Assembly: GCF_037042905.1 (NCBI RefSeq)
Contig: NC_087250.1
Coordinates: 20,896,001-20,960,000 of the forward strand
Origin: Lytechinus pictus
Lineage: Eukaryota
DNA length: 64,000 nucleotides
Reading direction: 5' to 3'
The notes under the pieces are model-generated. The model had not been told where the DNA came from and searched no databases. It was given only the letters and a program-made list of their open reading frames with translations. Positions 1 to 14,204 of the stretch are shown piece by piece (positions within the stretch are counted from its first letter, which is position 1; every line of letters starts with the position of its first letter). The position numbers were made by a program, and so were the translations under genes.

Positions 1-229
1 GCATGAAGGATAGCGGATGAACAAATTTCCACGCAGTGCTGTGGATAAATTGTAGCTACATCAAGGCCCCATGGCCAAATCCATTGTGGAAGGTTTCATT
101 TTGAAGCTAGAACTATAGGATAAATATATTACTATAAATTAGATCAATACAATATCAGCAACAAAAACTACCTACAGCACATTATGTTTGCAGTTACAGG
201 GGTGGTGGAGCCGGCGGATGCGGAAAATG

Positions 230-400
230 ATAAAAATGATCATATTTACAACAATAAATATGCGTATAAAATGAACATATTTACAATAATGAATAAGCAT
301 ATAAACATGAATTTATTTGTAGTAATAACATGTGTAAAATTAAGAATGAGCACATTTAAAATCAAGGTGAGTAAAGATTTAGAACCCTTTCCGGTACTTG
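230..400. repeat. Degenerate minisatellite (ATGAA(C/T)ATATTTACAATA-like units); paralogous copy at ~3760-3915
   Basis: Repeated 'atatttacaataatgaa' and 'cgtataaaatgaaca' units; both copies end in 'aatcaag...ccggtac'. Confidence 0.6.
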
Positions 401-1469
401 CATGACACCACCCCCCCCCCCCCGAACCAATCACCGGAACTTTTCATCACGTGGTCGGCGAGATATGAGACTTGAATTCTTTTACACAAAGTAACCAAGT
501 TACATGAATGGAGTTTTAAATAATGCCTTAAATGAATATTTCATGAAGTTGAGAGAAATGAGATCATTTTCCATCCATTTTATGCTAGTGATTATATTAA
601 AAAATATGTGCCAAATATCTCTGGAAGAAAGTGCGTAATTGCTGAGAAATGAGCAAAATAGGCACGGAATTCCATACAATGTCGGGTATTTTTCATTACT
701 AATACACTGTGCCAAGTATGCTTTTCTGTGTAATTGATCATCAGAATTATCGATTTTGAGCTAAGATTTCATGATTTTACAAAGATAAGTTTACATTGAT
801 ATACCAGATCTAGATATATGATAATATTTCGACAATTAACCTTGATTTAAAAGACTTTCTCATGAATAATTGTTTGCCGCAACTACTACAAATTCACGTA
901 TGAATGATTACAAATCATCAAGTGTGATAATGCATATTTTCATATTTTTTGTGATCATTGAAGCGTAATTCGTAATGCTTCAAGGATCATGACTTATTTC
1001 TTATTTTTCTGAGAGATTAGACGACATGCTTTCATTTCATATAAAATTCAGATCCTTTTCACCTGTTTTATCTATTTTGACAAGAAATGAAATATTAAAA
1101 ATGAATCTAATTACACCCCTGTACAAAAATCAATAGGGCAACAGCTGTCAGGCATCAATTCGTTTAAAATTGTTTATGAAATCTAAAATACCGACTGAAA
1201 TATTAAGAAATGTATATCAATTGAAAGCATAACATCTCTCGAGAAAAAAGGAGAAATAAGTCGTGATCAATGAAGCATAGCGCGCTACGCTCTATAATCA
1301 CAGCAAGGCTTAAAAATATGCATTACTGCATTTCATAATCCATAACCGTTCATCCGTGACCGATCACAATTTCCAACTAGGTGCAAAAAATTGCTATACT
1401 TCCCTCTTTCATATGGTAGGCCTATATAATTTATTGTATTTTATGATGGCTAAATAAGGATTTTTTTTT

Positions 1470-3395
1470 TATTTTTTGTGGAAAAGATAAGGAAGATTAA
1501 AAAAGGAATTGACGCTTTGAATGTTGTCCCTGACACTAGGTGTGTTGATTCAGTTGATGAAACTTATTCCTCTCTTTGAAAGCTTGCAATCATAATACTC
1601 AATCTGACGTGTCCAAGCTTATTATACATTTCACTAACACATCCTGTATGTTAGATCCCATCCCGACATGGCTTCTAAGAGATAATCTTGTGCAGCTATT
1701 GCCATTAATCACTGACATTATTAATATCTCTTTATCTACAGGTAGTTTCCCTTTAGGAGCACATTCATCAATTGTTAGACCCCTGTTGAAAAAACCGAAT
1801 CTGGATCAAAATTAACTTTCAAACTACAGACCAGTTTCTAATCTCTCTTTCCTTGCTAAACTCATTAAAAAAGCAGCTTGTTCACAACTAGTTCAACACA
1901 TCTAAAGCAATAATATGTTTGATTATGTTCAATCTGCTTACAGGTCGTATCATAGCACAGAGTCGGCACTGGTTAAAGTTAAAAACGATATCATGTTTTC
2001 CCTTGACTGTAACAGAGTTGTTTTTATCACACTTTTAGATTTATCTGCTGCCTTCGACACGATCCACAAAATTCTTTTATCTCGTCTTTACAGCAGAATA
2101 GGTGTGAGATCTACAGCTCTGTCATGGTTTGAGTCATACCTCACAGGATGGTCCTCCAGAGTTAACATTACTGGTGAACTATCTAAACCCACTAACCTTG
2201 ATTTTGGTCTTCCTCAAGGTTCGGTAGTAGGCCCCATCGGGTATTCTATATACACCCTACCAGTTGGTAACATCATTTGATTGATTTTATTTGATTTTAT
2301 TTACCAATATAAAAACAATACATATAAAATCACAACATAATATAATACATGATAAAATAACATTGGATGGATCGCCCTACTCAGCTGAGCCATTACAGCA
2401 CAACTGTTCATTGAATCAACTACCATCTTTATGCCGATGACACCCAATTGTATATTTCATTCTATCCGAAAATCCCAGGAGATTTAGTTGTTGCTATGTT
2501 TCGACTTCAGAACTCTATTTCAGATATTAGAAACTGGATGACAGTTAATGAATTAAAGTTAAATGACTCAAAAATAGAATTCTTCATAACGGCCTCTCCA
2601 CACAGCCTGCGCAATCTGCCAGATCTAAAGTTAATAGTTGGCGATATATCCATAAGCCCTTCAGTTACTGTTAAAATATTGGTGTAATTTTTTTATATAG
2701 AAATGTCAATGGTGAACCGTGTTTCTCAAATATGCACTACTGTAACTTTCATTTAAGGAATATTTCTCGAATTAGAAGTTATATTACTCAATCGGCCTGT
2801 AACAATGCAATTCGTTCTCTAGTTCTGTCCCGTTTAGATTACTGCAATGGTCTTCTCTCTAACATCCCCATTACTCAAGTAGATCGCATTCAAATGCTTC
2901 AAAATTGGGCAGCTTGAATTATTTATCAAGTAACAAGATTTCGCTTCTCTAAACCATGCACTCCTTGAATCGTTACACTGGCTCCCATACGACATCATAT
3001 AGTTTTTAAGTTACTTTTGTTAGTTTTTAAGTCTCTTGATAAGCAGGCACCTTTATATCTGCGTGATTGTTTGACCCTATACACCCCTCGCAGGAATGTA
3101 CGAGCCTCCAGTGACCCATTCCGTCTCACAAATAAAATTACTAAGAAATTCGCTGGAGATAGTTCTTTTACCATAACCGCTTCAAAATATTGGAATCGCT
3201 TACCTTTTACTCTTAGACAATCACCATCTGTTGCTTCATTTAAAAAGGGACTTAAAACCTTTATTTTTTCCAATCCAGATTTTTGGGATTGTAAGTTTTC
3301 ATTAGTATAGTTGTAACAATTTCTTTTTCTTGTTGTAAGCGCTTTGGGCCATTCTGGGAAAAGCGCAGTACATAAATAAAAAAATAAGAATAAAT
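1470..3395 (+). mobile_element. 5'-truncated, decayed L2/CR1-group LINE (reverse transcriptase pseudogene)
   Basis: Frameshifted RT motifs LDPIP, NYRPVSNL, QSAYRSYHSTESAL, LLDLSAAFDT, GLPQGSVVGP, YADD (tatgccgatgac ~2430), LKLNDSKIEF, SRLDYCN and LHWLP. L2-type 3' stem-loop 'aagcgctttggg...gaaaagcgc' followed by an A-rich tail. A ~135 bp insertion lies at ~2277-2412. Confidence 0.92.
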
Positions 3396-5234
3396 ATTCC
3401 ATCGTAGTTCATCTTCTTATTTCGCATTGTTGTATGTAGTTTACAAATAATTCTTGTAGATAATGTATAGGGACGCGATCTTTTAATTACAAGTACGTTA
3501 TAATAGTTAAGTGCAGAGCCTGGTCCCTGATATAAGCATGACACAGCAGACACATATTCTTGAAAAAAAATATCTCAATTTTCATGATTTTGCTCTAGAT
3601 GTCTGATTTGGATGAAAAAAAAAATTGACTGGCACTCCTTTCGGGGAAAAATCAAATTAAATATATTGCCCTCGTCTAAAGACTCTGGCCAATATGATTC
3701 TTTTGTGGGCAATATATTTGATGTTCTCCTCAAGGTCAGTCGAATAACTATGAGTCTCAACAATAACATATTTACAATAATGAATTTGTGTATGACGATG
3801 AATATATTTACAATAATGAATGTACGTATAAAAATGAACATTAAATTGACATTAATGCATATGCGTATAAAAATGAACACATTTACAATCAAGATAAAGA
3901 CCCCGTTCCGGTACCCAGGTGAAAGGTTATATGAACAGACGTACGTTGGACCAAAGAAATACAATTTCTGGTCTGGCAAAATATCTTGTTTAATAATAAA
4001 ATCGATAGCATATCTAAAGAACGAGGTTGAGTACTAAATATTTTATATGTAAAATGTAATCTAGTTTGATTGTATCGGGCAATCATTCTTTTTTTTTCTA
4101 TTTTGAAAGGCAAAGTTTAGTTTTGATAAATTTCTATTCATTCAATATGAAGATATTGGAAGAAAAAGACATTGTTACCAACTTTCCATAACTTATTTTC
4201 TGGGTAGTTCCCTATAGAAATAGTTTTTCCAATAGTATAATCGATTACAAAATTATTTGCCGTCTTTCTTTTGTTTGGTGTGTCATGTTACCATAAGTAA
4301 TCACAAAGTAGGTAACTAATCTATAGTCTAGACAACAAGGTTTTACCTCAAACAAAATATGTATTTGTTACTGCAACAAATTTCTATTATATATTCGTAA
4401 TGATACTGATAATAATAATATTAATAATAATACTAATTCTGATAACAATAATGATGATGATAATGATGATAATAATAATGATAATAATAGTGATGATGAT
4501 GATGATGATGCTAACAATAATAATAATAATATCATTAATAATAACAATAATGATAATAATAATAATAGCAATGCTAATAACGATTTTGGTCCCCAACAAA
4601 ATAAAAGACAAATAAATAAATGACATCGGCACAAAGATTTTGAAAGTGCATACAAATTAAGCTGATGAATTGTCATTGCTATTGAAATGTAACTATGTTT
4701 TTAAACTAATATGAGAGAGGGGAAGGGGGGAGATGAGTAAAGGAGTGTACAAATAAGGATCATTATTCGTAAACTGAATGGCCCCTATTGTGAACTCCGG
4801 TGTAAATTAATCCCTGGTTTTATATATCTAAAGTTGTTGTTCAACTACGGAGAGTCAATAGTGGCACAAATCCCTTACAGTACACATTCAATTTATTAAC
4901 TCATTTGACACCCAAATTGTTCATAATTGTCTCGGAGTGATTTTTTTTCTTCACTATGAAAGCTGAGGGAAACAAAATAGTATACATAAGGAATATACAA
5001 TATAAACTTAATTTTTTGAATTTTTGGCTCCCCATAATTTTAGTACAAAGTTAGATCATGGTCTAAGTGAAGCCTGACATAAGAATACGTGCCAGTGTGT
5101 TTCGATGACGTTGCAACAGTGTGGATGATTTACACAACTTTCAGGTTTCCTGGATATCAATTCTCCACATCTTCTCCACTTTGACTTCACATCATATAAC
5201 AGCCATGAAATGATTGGTAACACTTAGTATACAA

Positions 5235-5300
5235 GGGACCAAAGAAAACATATGTCTCGGCCCGCCAAAATTTATATTTTATGACTAAATTTAACAATTA
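5235..5300 (-). ncRNA. Candidate Sm-class small RNA (Sm site + 3' stem-loop), module copy
   Basis: Minus strand AAUUUUGG (5272-5265) followed by a GGCC...GGUC hairpin with a G-U pair. 5' end is estimated. Confidence 0.3.
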
Positions 5301-6803
5301 ATTATTAGAAGTATCAGATTACTATAAAATTTATTTTGTAAACTTTATTCTAGTTTACGAAATGTTGGCCTGTAAAGATTTTTAACTATATTTTTTAGTG
5401 CAATGTTTCATTGTCTGTTTTTTCTTTTTAGGTTATTAAAAAAAAATAATACATTGCATCAAAACTATTTACCAAAAAATGGTGTGTGGATATAATTGAA
5501 AAGAAATTTAAAAGCATAATAGTTACTATATAATCGATTACATATTTATTTGCTGTCTATAATTACTTCGCGTTGTTGTATCCTGCCATATCTTAAATAG
5601 AGTACCGAAGTGTGACGTCATGATGTCATGACAACGGACCGACTGGGTCTAAACTTAGTCTCAACTCCACGATCGTCCATACACATTTGTATGACCATCA
5701 TTCTGAGAGTCATAACAAGGCGCCGGTTCATTGAGCTGATAGTAAGTTCACGACTTTAAGAACGACTGGTGATCCATAAAGTTAATGGTATAATCGGCGA
5801 TGGTTTAGCCAGTAAAAAGAATCACCAGTCGTTCTTAAGGTCGCTCCTAACTTATAAACAGCTTCTTGAAACGGCATAAGGGTTCATCTGTTTAGAACCA
5901 AGCCGCCATGACACCATGGCAACAGACGTCATCGCTTCGGTACTCCACAACCAATAGGAACCAACCTGCGTTTGTACTACAGGAAAAATGAGGTTTTACC
6001 CCGAACAAAATGATTGGCATGCACATATTTTTCACTGCAATGCATTTCTATTAGATAATAATTATAATAAAAAATAGCAATGGTGATAATAATCACGATG
6101 ATTTTTTCAACTAATTTTATAGAGATAAAGGGGAAAGAGAGATAGCATGAGAGAGTAACAATATGAATCATTATTTGTGAAAGAGTTTTTAGGTGAAGTT
6201 GAAACACAGTGGGAGATCTGAAGGAACTAGCAGATTTCTTGGAACGGTATACAACCAGACTGTAGAGCCTGATGCTGATGAGCAGATAAGCAAGATTTAT
6301 TTTAGCCCTCTCGTTGGTGAATTCACCTCCCTGCCAGGTCTCGTGTTGCATCATTGGAAAGAGTCAATGTGACTCTCTGAGAATGGTCATTTATTTCGAA
6401 TAATAGATGAAAAAATAATAATAATAGAGTAATAATAATAATAATAATTACAATAGTAATGATTATAATGATTATGGTCCGCACCAAAATAAGTGACAAA
6501 TAAATAAATGACATTGGCCCAGAGAATTTGAAAGGAAATGAATTAAGCTGATGAATTTTAAATGCTATGGAAAAATGTAATTATGGTTTTTAAGCAATAT
6601 GAGAGAGGGGAAGGGGAGAAAGTAGAGTAAAGAAGGGTGAAAATATGGATCATTATCCGATGACAGTTTGTTTGGGTGACGTTGCAACAGCGTGTGGGAT
6701 CTGGATAATTCCCAAGTTTTATAAAATGGTATAACAATTTTCTTTATTTTAGTGAATTTTTCTCACATCACAGCCATGAAGAGAATGGTTGCATATATTA
6801 TAG

Positions 6804-6865
6804 AGACCAGAGAAACCATAGTTCTCGGTCTGCCAAAATTTTGTAGATTTAATTTAGAAGTATAA
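6804..6865 (-). ncRNA. Candidate Sm-class small RNA, best-formed hairpin
   Basis: Minus strand AAUUUUGG (6840-6833), C, AGACCGAGAAC-UAUG-GUUUCUCUGGUCU. TAATCGATTA 258 bp and TGACGTCA 340 bp upstream. 5' end is estimated. Confidence 0.35.
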
Positions 6866-7489
6866 TATTACATGTGTAAGGGCATAACCAATTTCATATT
6901 AATCATTAGGTAAATTTTATTCTAGTTTAAAAAATGCCGGATTGTAAAATTTGTCGTTCATATTTTGTAGTGCAATATTTCATTAATTTTTCAATAAAAT
7001 ACATTAAAAAAAAGGAAATACATTTCTTTAAAACTATTTCTTAAGAAATTGTTGTGTGGATATAATTAAAAAGGAATTGAAAAGCGTATTGACTCTATAA
7101 TCGATTACATATTTATTTGCTGTCTATAAATACTTCATCTTGTTGTGTCCTGTCATATCATAAATAGAGTACCGAAGTGTGACGTCATAATGTGCCAGGA
7201 ACGGAATTTAATGCAATTATAATGTTTCGATTAGAGCTCAAACATGTGTTTTAAATATATTTTCACTGTAAGGACATTTCGGCAAATGGTTCATAGTAAG
7301 TTTTATTTGTAAAATGTATTCTAGTTTAAGAATGTTAGACTATTATTCTTCATTCATCTATACTTTGCAGGGCAATATTTTTTATAGAATCCTTTTTTTT
7401 CTATGTCATTCAAAAAAAATCCAATACTTTTAATAAACTTTCTTTAAGTTGGTGTTGGGATATTCCTGGTTGGAAACGGTCATTATATA

Positions 7490-9545
7490 CACAACAAAAA
7501 AAGTAAGTCCCCCCTTAAACAACCATCAATAATTTCCGAACCAATGCGAGTTTTTAATACATGTATTTTTTACATGAGCGTGTAGGTAATTTTATAAGCT
7601 ACCCTCTGAGTAAACGTTATGGACGTATTTCACTTCATGCTTCAGTGAGCACCGTCAGAAGGCAAAAATGTCACTTTTCAAAAGTCACAAGCCAAATATC
7701 ATGACTTTGATTACATTTTATTGGAACTAATTCCACATTCTCATCATAAAAAATAGTCAGAAGGCTTGTAAAAGGTACTCTCTAAAAGACGATACAACTT
7801 TTTTGGCTAAATTTCACGGTTGAATAAACACAAGTCCAAGTTTGCTATAATTGGATTTTTTACACATTTATATCAATAAAAATGATAGAATATGATGACA
7901 GTTATGTTCGGAAGAGTTTCTTCAACAATATTCATCGTTTCACGGTTCAATGAACATTTATTGAAAACAAAAAATACGATTTTCAAATATCATAGGCAAG
8001 TATTGGTTCATTTTTGGAACTGAAAATGATCTTTTCTCAACTTTTTCGTTATGTTCATGACCAATTAACATGCTTCAATGATTCAAAGGCGTTTAATTAA
8101 ATATCCACGCTTGAATGAACATGTGGAATGCGATTAGCTCTTTTGTACGTTATTGGAAAAAATGCAATTTGTTACTATGGATATCTGTCACAAACCTCCT
8201 TGCATAGTTCATTTGATTCGATTTTTATGAAAACCCCGACGTTTAATGCATCAGTGAGCACACAATATTCGAAAATTATGCAAATGAGAAGAAAGTTCAA
8301 GGCCTTGGCCCCACTCTGTGTCGTATCGAATGGTTATTTTGGTGTGCGCGCCTTTTGGATAGTGTTACTCTGAAGCCATGTACGAAGTTTCATGAAATAA
8401 CTATTGGCAGAAGTAACAAAAACCGTCCATGAAACAAACCCTCATTTCATATTTGTTAAAATTTTGACTTCGTCTCTCATAGACTTGTGTACATTATGGG
8501 TGCACATGTTTAAGAATAAGTAACCCCTGATTCAATATGGTGGAACTTTTTTTCACGGCTGTTTTTAGCAATGTCATTTGGCAGTAATGTTTATCAACCT
8601 ATGGGCAGAATTCTGTGCGAAAATGAAATCGATTTGTTTATTTATGGATGAGTGAGCACGCATCAAAGTGGGAAAATTGGTATTTTCAATGTCACAGACT
8701 CATTTTAAAGGGTAATAAAGTGAATATTGGGGGCAAATTCTGTTTCAAATAAGACTTTAATTGCTAATGTTTTTATCATACATCATTTCTATCACCACAC
8801 ACTTTCCGAACTTTAAACATTTTCATGGTTGAGCGAGCACATTCGAAAACTTAGGAATGAATACTCTTTACACTGCATACATGTATTCTTTTCCTAACAA
8901 TTTCTCATGATCAGTTTAATTTATGGACAAATCAGTGGTGGGTCCAGAATTTTAAAATGGGGGAGGGCCTATAATGGGGGGAGCCACCAACATTTTCAAA
9001 TTTTAACATGATCTAACAAGTTGTAGAGGATACTATACCATAAACCCCTATGATGATACGTCACAATACAGGGGCCGGGGAGGGGTTTTCAAAGTGGGGG
9101 GGTGGGTTGACCATGCAAAAAATCACAATCGTATGGTCATTTTTACATTTTTTTTACACGCTTTTGGAAAAAAGTGGGGGGGGGACTGAAGGTCCCTGCA
9201 ATACATTGTGCTCACTCAACCATGAACATATGATATCAAAATTGTGTGTGGAGTGGCTAAATGATGGATAGTAAACCAGCATAACACCATAAAATTCACC
9301 TAAAGACAACATTTGCCCAACTTTGTATTTGCACAATCTGAAAAACGACTCTTGTGACTTTTAAAAATTGTCATTTTTAATTCAATCTTTAATTACTCAT
9401 GCATGACTCAACCGATCAATCTTATTTTCCCCCAGGAGTTGCTTAATGAGTATAGAAAACCACCTACGGAATATCATATCTCAAAATAATTCCGTTCAAA
9501 AGTTACAGCAATTTGATTTAGGGGGGACTTACTTTTTTTGTTGTG
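7490..9545. mobile_element. Non-autonomous TIR DNA transposon with TA target duplication (Tc1/mariner-type)
   Basis: Perfect 26-bp TIR CACAACAAAAAAAGTAAGTCCCCCCT, flanked by TA on both sides; no transposase ORF. Confidence 0.85.
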
Positions 9546-11889
9546 TATATATATATATATATATCGTTATTTTTGTGTTGTGTGTTATCACAAACAATAA
9601 TTTTCAGGTTTCATGGAATGGTGTAACACTTTTCTTCATTTTTATCGAAGATAATATCTATGTTTACCTGAATATTTTTTCACATCATAGTCAACAAGAG
9701 AATGGTAGCATTTGGTATATGATACCAGAGAAACCAAAGTTTCTGTTGCGCCAAAATTTGTAGACAAAATAATTTCGTGATAATAACTATTTACGGCATA
9801 AGCTGTGCAAACTAATCATTAAGTAAATTTTAATCTATTTTGTAAAATGTTGGATTGTACATTTTTTTATTTATATTTTGTAGTACAATATTTCATTACA
9901 AAATTTGTTTTAAGAGAAAGGTTTAAAAAGAAAATACATTTCGTTAAAACTGTTTTCTAAAATTTGGTGTGTGGACATAATAAAAAGAAGTTAAGAAGCG
10001 CAGTGATTTTAATATAATCGATTATATAATTTTTTGCTGTCTGTAATTACTTTGCTTTGCTGTGTCCTCTCCTATCATAAAGAGTATCGAAGTGTGACGT
10101 CATGATGTCATGACAACGAACCGGCTGGTTCTAAACTTAGTCTCAGCTGCACGATCGTCTATACACATTTGTATTTGCAAAAATGGTGATGGGATTTGTC
10201 TCTAATTGTTACCATCATTCTGAGAGTCACAACAAGGCGCCGGTTCATTAAGCTCTTCGTAAGAGCGACTTTAAGAACGACTGGTGATGCTTTCTTAAGG
10301 TAAATGGTATACTTGGAGATGGTTTAGCGCGTAAAATAGAATCGCCAGTCGTTCTTAAAGTCGCTTCTAACTTCTAACTTTATAAAACGGCCCACGGGTT
10401 CATTTTGTTTAGAACCAGGCTTGTCTGCTTTGCAAACCCTTTTATCGAGTAAAGGGTCTGAATTGCAGCCTACTCATGCCTTGTGTACTGAAGGCCCTCT
10501 CGCTCAGGCAAGTTTTCTATGTGATAGTCTTTGCGTGGAGACACACTTGTTGATCAAAGTTTCAATCAGGGTCTGTGCCTGGCAACTGACGTCATCTCTT
10601 CGGTACTCTATATGATAACCCTTTGGAACCAACCTGCGTTTATACTACAGGAAAAATAAGGCTTCACCTCGAACAAATTGCAAAGCATATTTTTTTCACT
10701 GCAATGCATTTCTGTTAGATAATATTGATAATAAATGATGGTAATAATGATCATAATCACGATGATTTAAACTAATATAAAAAAAATAAAGAGGAAAGAG
10801 AGAGAGAGAAAGAGAGCGACAGAGAGCAATGTAGATCATTATTCGTAGACCCCCCCCCCCCCCCCCCCGGTATTTCCACCTTGAAGCAAACTTCCGGATC
10901 ATTTTCAGGTAATTTTCGGGAAATGAAAAAGTTCATGGAAATTTAGGGAAATCCGAAAATTACTCTTAAACAACAATTAAACGTAGCCACTTTCATTATC
11001 CGTCATATTCATAATCTAGACAGATGATTGTTCTAAATCTCCTCATGACTGTGACCAAAGAGAGTTCCAACTAATGTCACGAAAGTGCCATGAATCCCGG
11101 TATCTGAAGTCACAACCTGGGAATAGTACCCCGAGCCGTGACGTCAGACGTAAATAATTCAAAAACTATTTACGGGTGGGCGGGGCTTAACCCAAACTCA
11201 TGTCCCATGTGCACGTATACAAAGCGCGTATGTGATCAAGCCAGGGGCATCACCAAAGCTAATTAAAAGAACTGATGAATTCTCCCTCAAAGATTGCTAT
11301 TCATTCATTTATAATTACATTCCTTTCTGATGTTAATTCCGATGATGGATATAAATAAAATATATACGGCCTTCGATCCAGTGGCGTACCATGGGTCACG
11401 GCTTTAGGGGGGCACCAGCAAAACTTTTTAGTCACTTAATGAGCGCGCGAAGCTGCCATATATATACTGAACTAATAGAGACATTTTAAGCACAGTGTAA
11501 TTAAACGGATATGCATCTCACTGATCAAATAATGCGAGCGCGAAGCGCGAGCTGAAAATTTGCAGTGTGTGTACATAGCTGATTCAACGAGTCTGCATAG
11601 CAGACTAGCCCTGGAGTGGAAGTATTTTGAATTGTAGGTTGTATGTTGTCTCTTTGACCAATCAGAGTGCAGCATTCTTGCTTGTAAGCTGCGAAATATA
11701 CTTGACTCTCCAATAGGTAGATGCTGACCGTATTCCAACACCTTTTCTTATAACCAATAATATATTTAATTAAAGATTAGATCTTCAGCTTTATCGTGAT
11801 TCATAAATCATATTTGCTCGAAAAGAAATAAAGTGTAAGAAATAACAACTTTTGTCAAGTGAAAATAATTATTTTGTAGCATTTTTTAT

Positions 11890-12995
11890 GAAAGGCTTCC
11901 TCATATGGCATTCCTTCCAAGCTTATGCCAGCTGGCAATCTTGCTACGCCTCCATCTTTGAATCTGAATTCAGATACTTCTCTGTACTGGTTAGTTGATA
12001 TCTGTTCCCGTATCACCTCTTCATGCTCAACGGCGTCACAAGCCACGTTATCATTAGCAGTAGAGGTTATAATCTCATGTATGTCCACTTCGATTGAGCC
12101 CTCTACCAACTTTACACATACGTCTTTGCGTGATTCCATCAAAGACGCAGATGCCAAATTCGAGTGAGGTGGTATGGTTACTTCAACTTCTCCAACATTA
12201 GCAACAAGAATATCCACTGTGTGATCCCCAGAGATGCAACCTTCTATCACTTCAAGGAAAGGTATTGATGCTTCCGAGTTAGCTTGTTTCACAAGCCACA
12301 CATCATCTGACTTGTCTCCCTTGTTCTCGACCTGGGAACGATCCAAATGACACTGCATATGTCGGACTGTCCTTGGTGCAATCACCACCTGTTGTGACCC
12401 ACTCACAACATGCTGTGTCCTTATCTGTTTCGTCTCACTCGCAAGATTTAGACAAGCCTTCGTTAACTCAAGGTCATCCATTTCCTCACCTAGAAGTGGT
12501 CTTAATCCATTGCTGCCAATAAGTATTGGAAACTCTTGTCGTTTGCCATAAGTTGACATCTTCTGTCCAATCAGAAATCCAACCACAGCTTCATGATCAT
12601 CGATGCACACTCGGGCACGTACATACCCTTCAACTGGCACTTCAGTTCCCGAGATTCCAGTGATTTTTACTAAGGTTTCTAGCTTTTCAGGGCACCCAAT
12701 TGCTGTTGTGAACTGAGAATGGAACACATCAGAAGGGATGATTGACACTTCTGACCCAGTGTCTAAGATGCATCCAACATTAACACCAGCAACATTGGCT
12801 ATTACTGTGGGGCTGGATGAGACCAAAAGGTCCTTGATATTCAAATTGGTGCCCTTCTCCTTAGCCTTTCCATCTGTCCCTTTTCCCGGGCTTTCAGTCC
12901 CTGTGTTGGCACACATGAAGTGGTCACTGGCCATGGGCTTTTGGTTCCTGAACCCCACCGTTTCGCCCTCAACAATGGAGCTAGTTAGTTTCCCG
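11890..12995 (-). pseudogene. pol: Truncated Gypsy Pol: aspartic protease + linker, cut before RT
   Basis: CILDTGSEVS and ILIGSN protease motifs. The frame opens through GGG AAA C at 12994-12988 and runs into flanking DNA at ~11889. Confidence 0.88.
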
Positions 12996-13892
12996 AATCT
13001 TCAATGACATTTGCGGACAATTCCTTATGTAATGTCCCATTTTATGGCACTTGTAACATGCGTCGTTGTTCAATGACCTCTTCTTACCAGTTTTTAATCT
13101 GCGCACTGTTTCATTTAGTGATGTCACATCTGTCTTTAGTCTTTCAACTTCAGACAAAATCGCCTTCTGTTGTTCTAGTATCTCCTTAAGGGTGCTTTTT
13201 TCAGACTTTGCTGTGGTTGTTGCTGTATGGACAAACTCTGACTCCACCTCTCTAGCTCTAGGTTTTACAAAGGACATTGGTGCTTCTTGAAACAACCGTA
13301 GAGCTTCACTACGCACCGCACTGAAACCAGATTTTCCATGGTCAAGCTGGATACGTCGAAGTTCACGCCTAACAGAGGCATCGCGTGCTCCATTAACAAA
13401 TTTGTCACACAACGCATGATCTTTCAACTGTGCAAGGGCAGCTCGATCTTCCTTTTCTGCAGATTTCACCATCCTGCAATAGGTTCGCAAAAGTGATCTA
13501 CTAAAGTCGCAAAGAGATTCTCCATCGTATTGCTTGCGATTGTGAAATTCACTGCTAAGAGTTTGGGTTGTCTCTTGATATCCAAAACACAGTTTAAGGG
13601 CAGTCACAACTTCGTCGAAATCATGTCGATTTTCATCCTGTAAGCACATAACTTCCTCTCGTGCTGAGCCTTCGAGATGATCAAGAAGTAATCTGGCCTT
13701 CTCGATATTTGACAAATTGAATTGAGCTGTGACTTCCTCAAACTCTTCAAGCCATTCTGGAAGTGAAAGCTCACCCACACGTTCAGGATGCCCCTTAAAC
13801 TTTGATAGGTGGCTCTGCGAGATTCCTTGCAGTCCCATTGATCGACGAAAGAATTGAGTCATCATAGTCAAGGGTTTGTCCTGACGTAGCAT
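12981..13892 (-). CDS. gag: Gypsy Gag (capsid-like domain + CCHC zinc knuckle)
   Basis: 303-aa ORF with FKG..WLEEFE, L.G.A and Q..GESL..F capsid motifs and CYKCHKMGHYIRNC. Confidence 0.9.
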   Translation of the reverse strand: MLRQDKPLTMMTQFFRRSMGLQGISQSHLSKFKGHPERVGELSLPEWLEEFEEVTAQFNLSNIEKARLLLDHLEGSAREEVMCLQDENRHDFDEVVTALKLCFGYQETTQTLSSEFHNRKQYDGESLCDFSRSLLRTYCRMVKSAEKEDRAALAQLKDHALCDKFVNGARDASVRRELRRIQLDHGKSGFSAVRSEALRLFQEAPMSFVKPRAREVESEFVHTATTTAKSEKSTLKEILEQQKAILSEVERLKTDVTSLNETVRRLKTGKKRSLNNDACYKCHKMGHYIRNCPQMSLKIRETN

Positions 13893-14184
13893 TCATAGTG
13901 AAAGTAAGGCACTAATACAAATTAAAGGCACAATTTGAAAGTAATAGGTATTGATACAACTGAAAGATTAGCTTAATTGTCACAACAGAGTTATATAATT
14001 CAGAATACTCGAAGTTCGAACCCGCCGTTAGTTTCCAGTGAACCGAGGCTGTCTCTTCACTTTCGCTACACAAAGTCCTAAAGTTTTTATCCGTTGATTC
14101 CACATTAGCTCCTGATCTTAATACCCCATCGCGACAGTCTTGGTATTGCGTAGATCCTTTGATGAACTTGGTGGACAAAGCATC

Positions 14185-14203
14185 AATCCCACTTCTGACA
14201 CCA
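14185..14203 (-). promoter_or_regulatory. Primer-binding site (probably tRNA-Leu)
   Basis: TGGTGTCAGAAGTGGGATT is complementary to a tRNA 3' end ...AATCCCACTTCTGACACCA. The Leu assignment is from recall. Confidence 0.85.
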
Positions 14204-14204
14204 A

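Noticed and set aside
4368..4676. Poly-Ile/Leu/Met ORFs (also ~6323, 19604, 28274)
   Set aside because: Translations of (AAT/GAT)n microsatellite within the module.
5340..5360. TTTTATTCTAG box as a U7 Sm site or splice acceptor on the plus strand
   Set aside because: No following hairpin, no histone-downstream-element complement, and no conserved open frame or donor after it.
6804..6930. Module as a spliced-leader RNA gene or a canonical Helitron 3' end
   Set aside because: No conserved leader or GT donor upstream of the Sm motif. The hairpin is ~85-90 nt from CTAG, much further than in canonical Helitron ends. A Helitron origin is disfavoured, not excluded.
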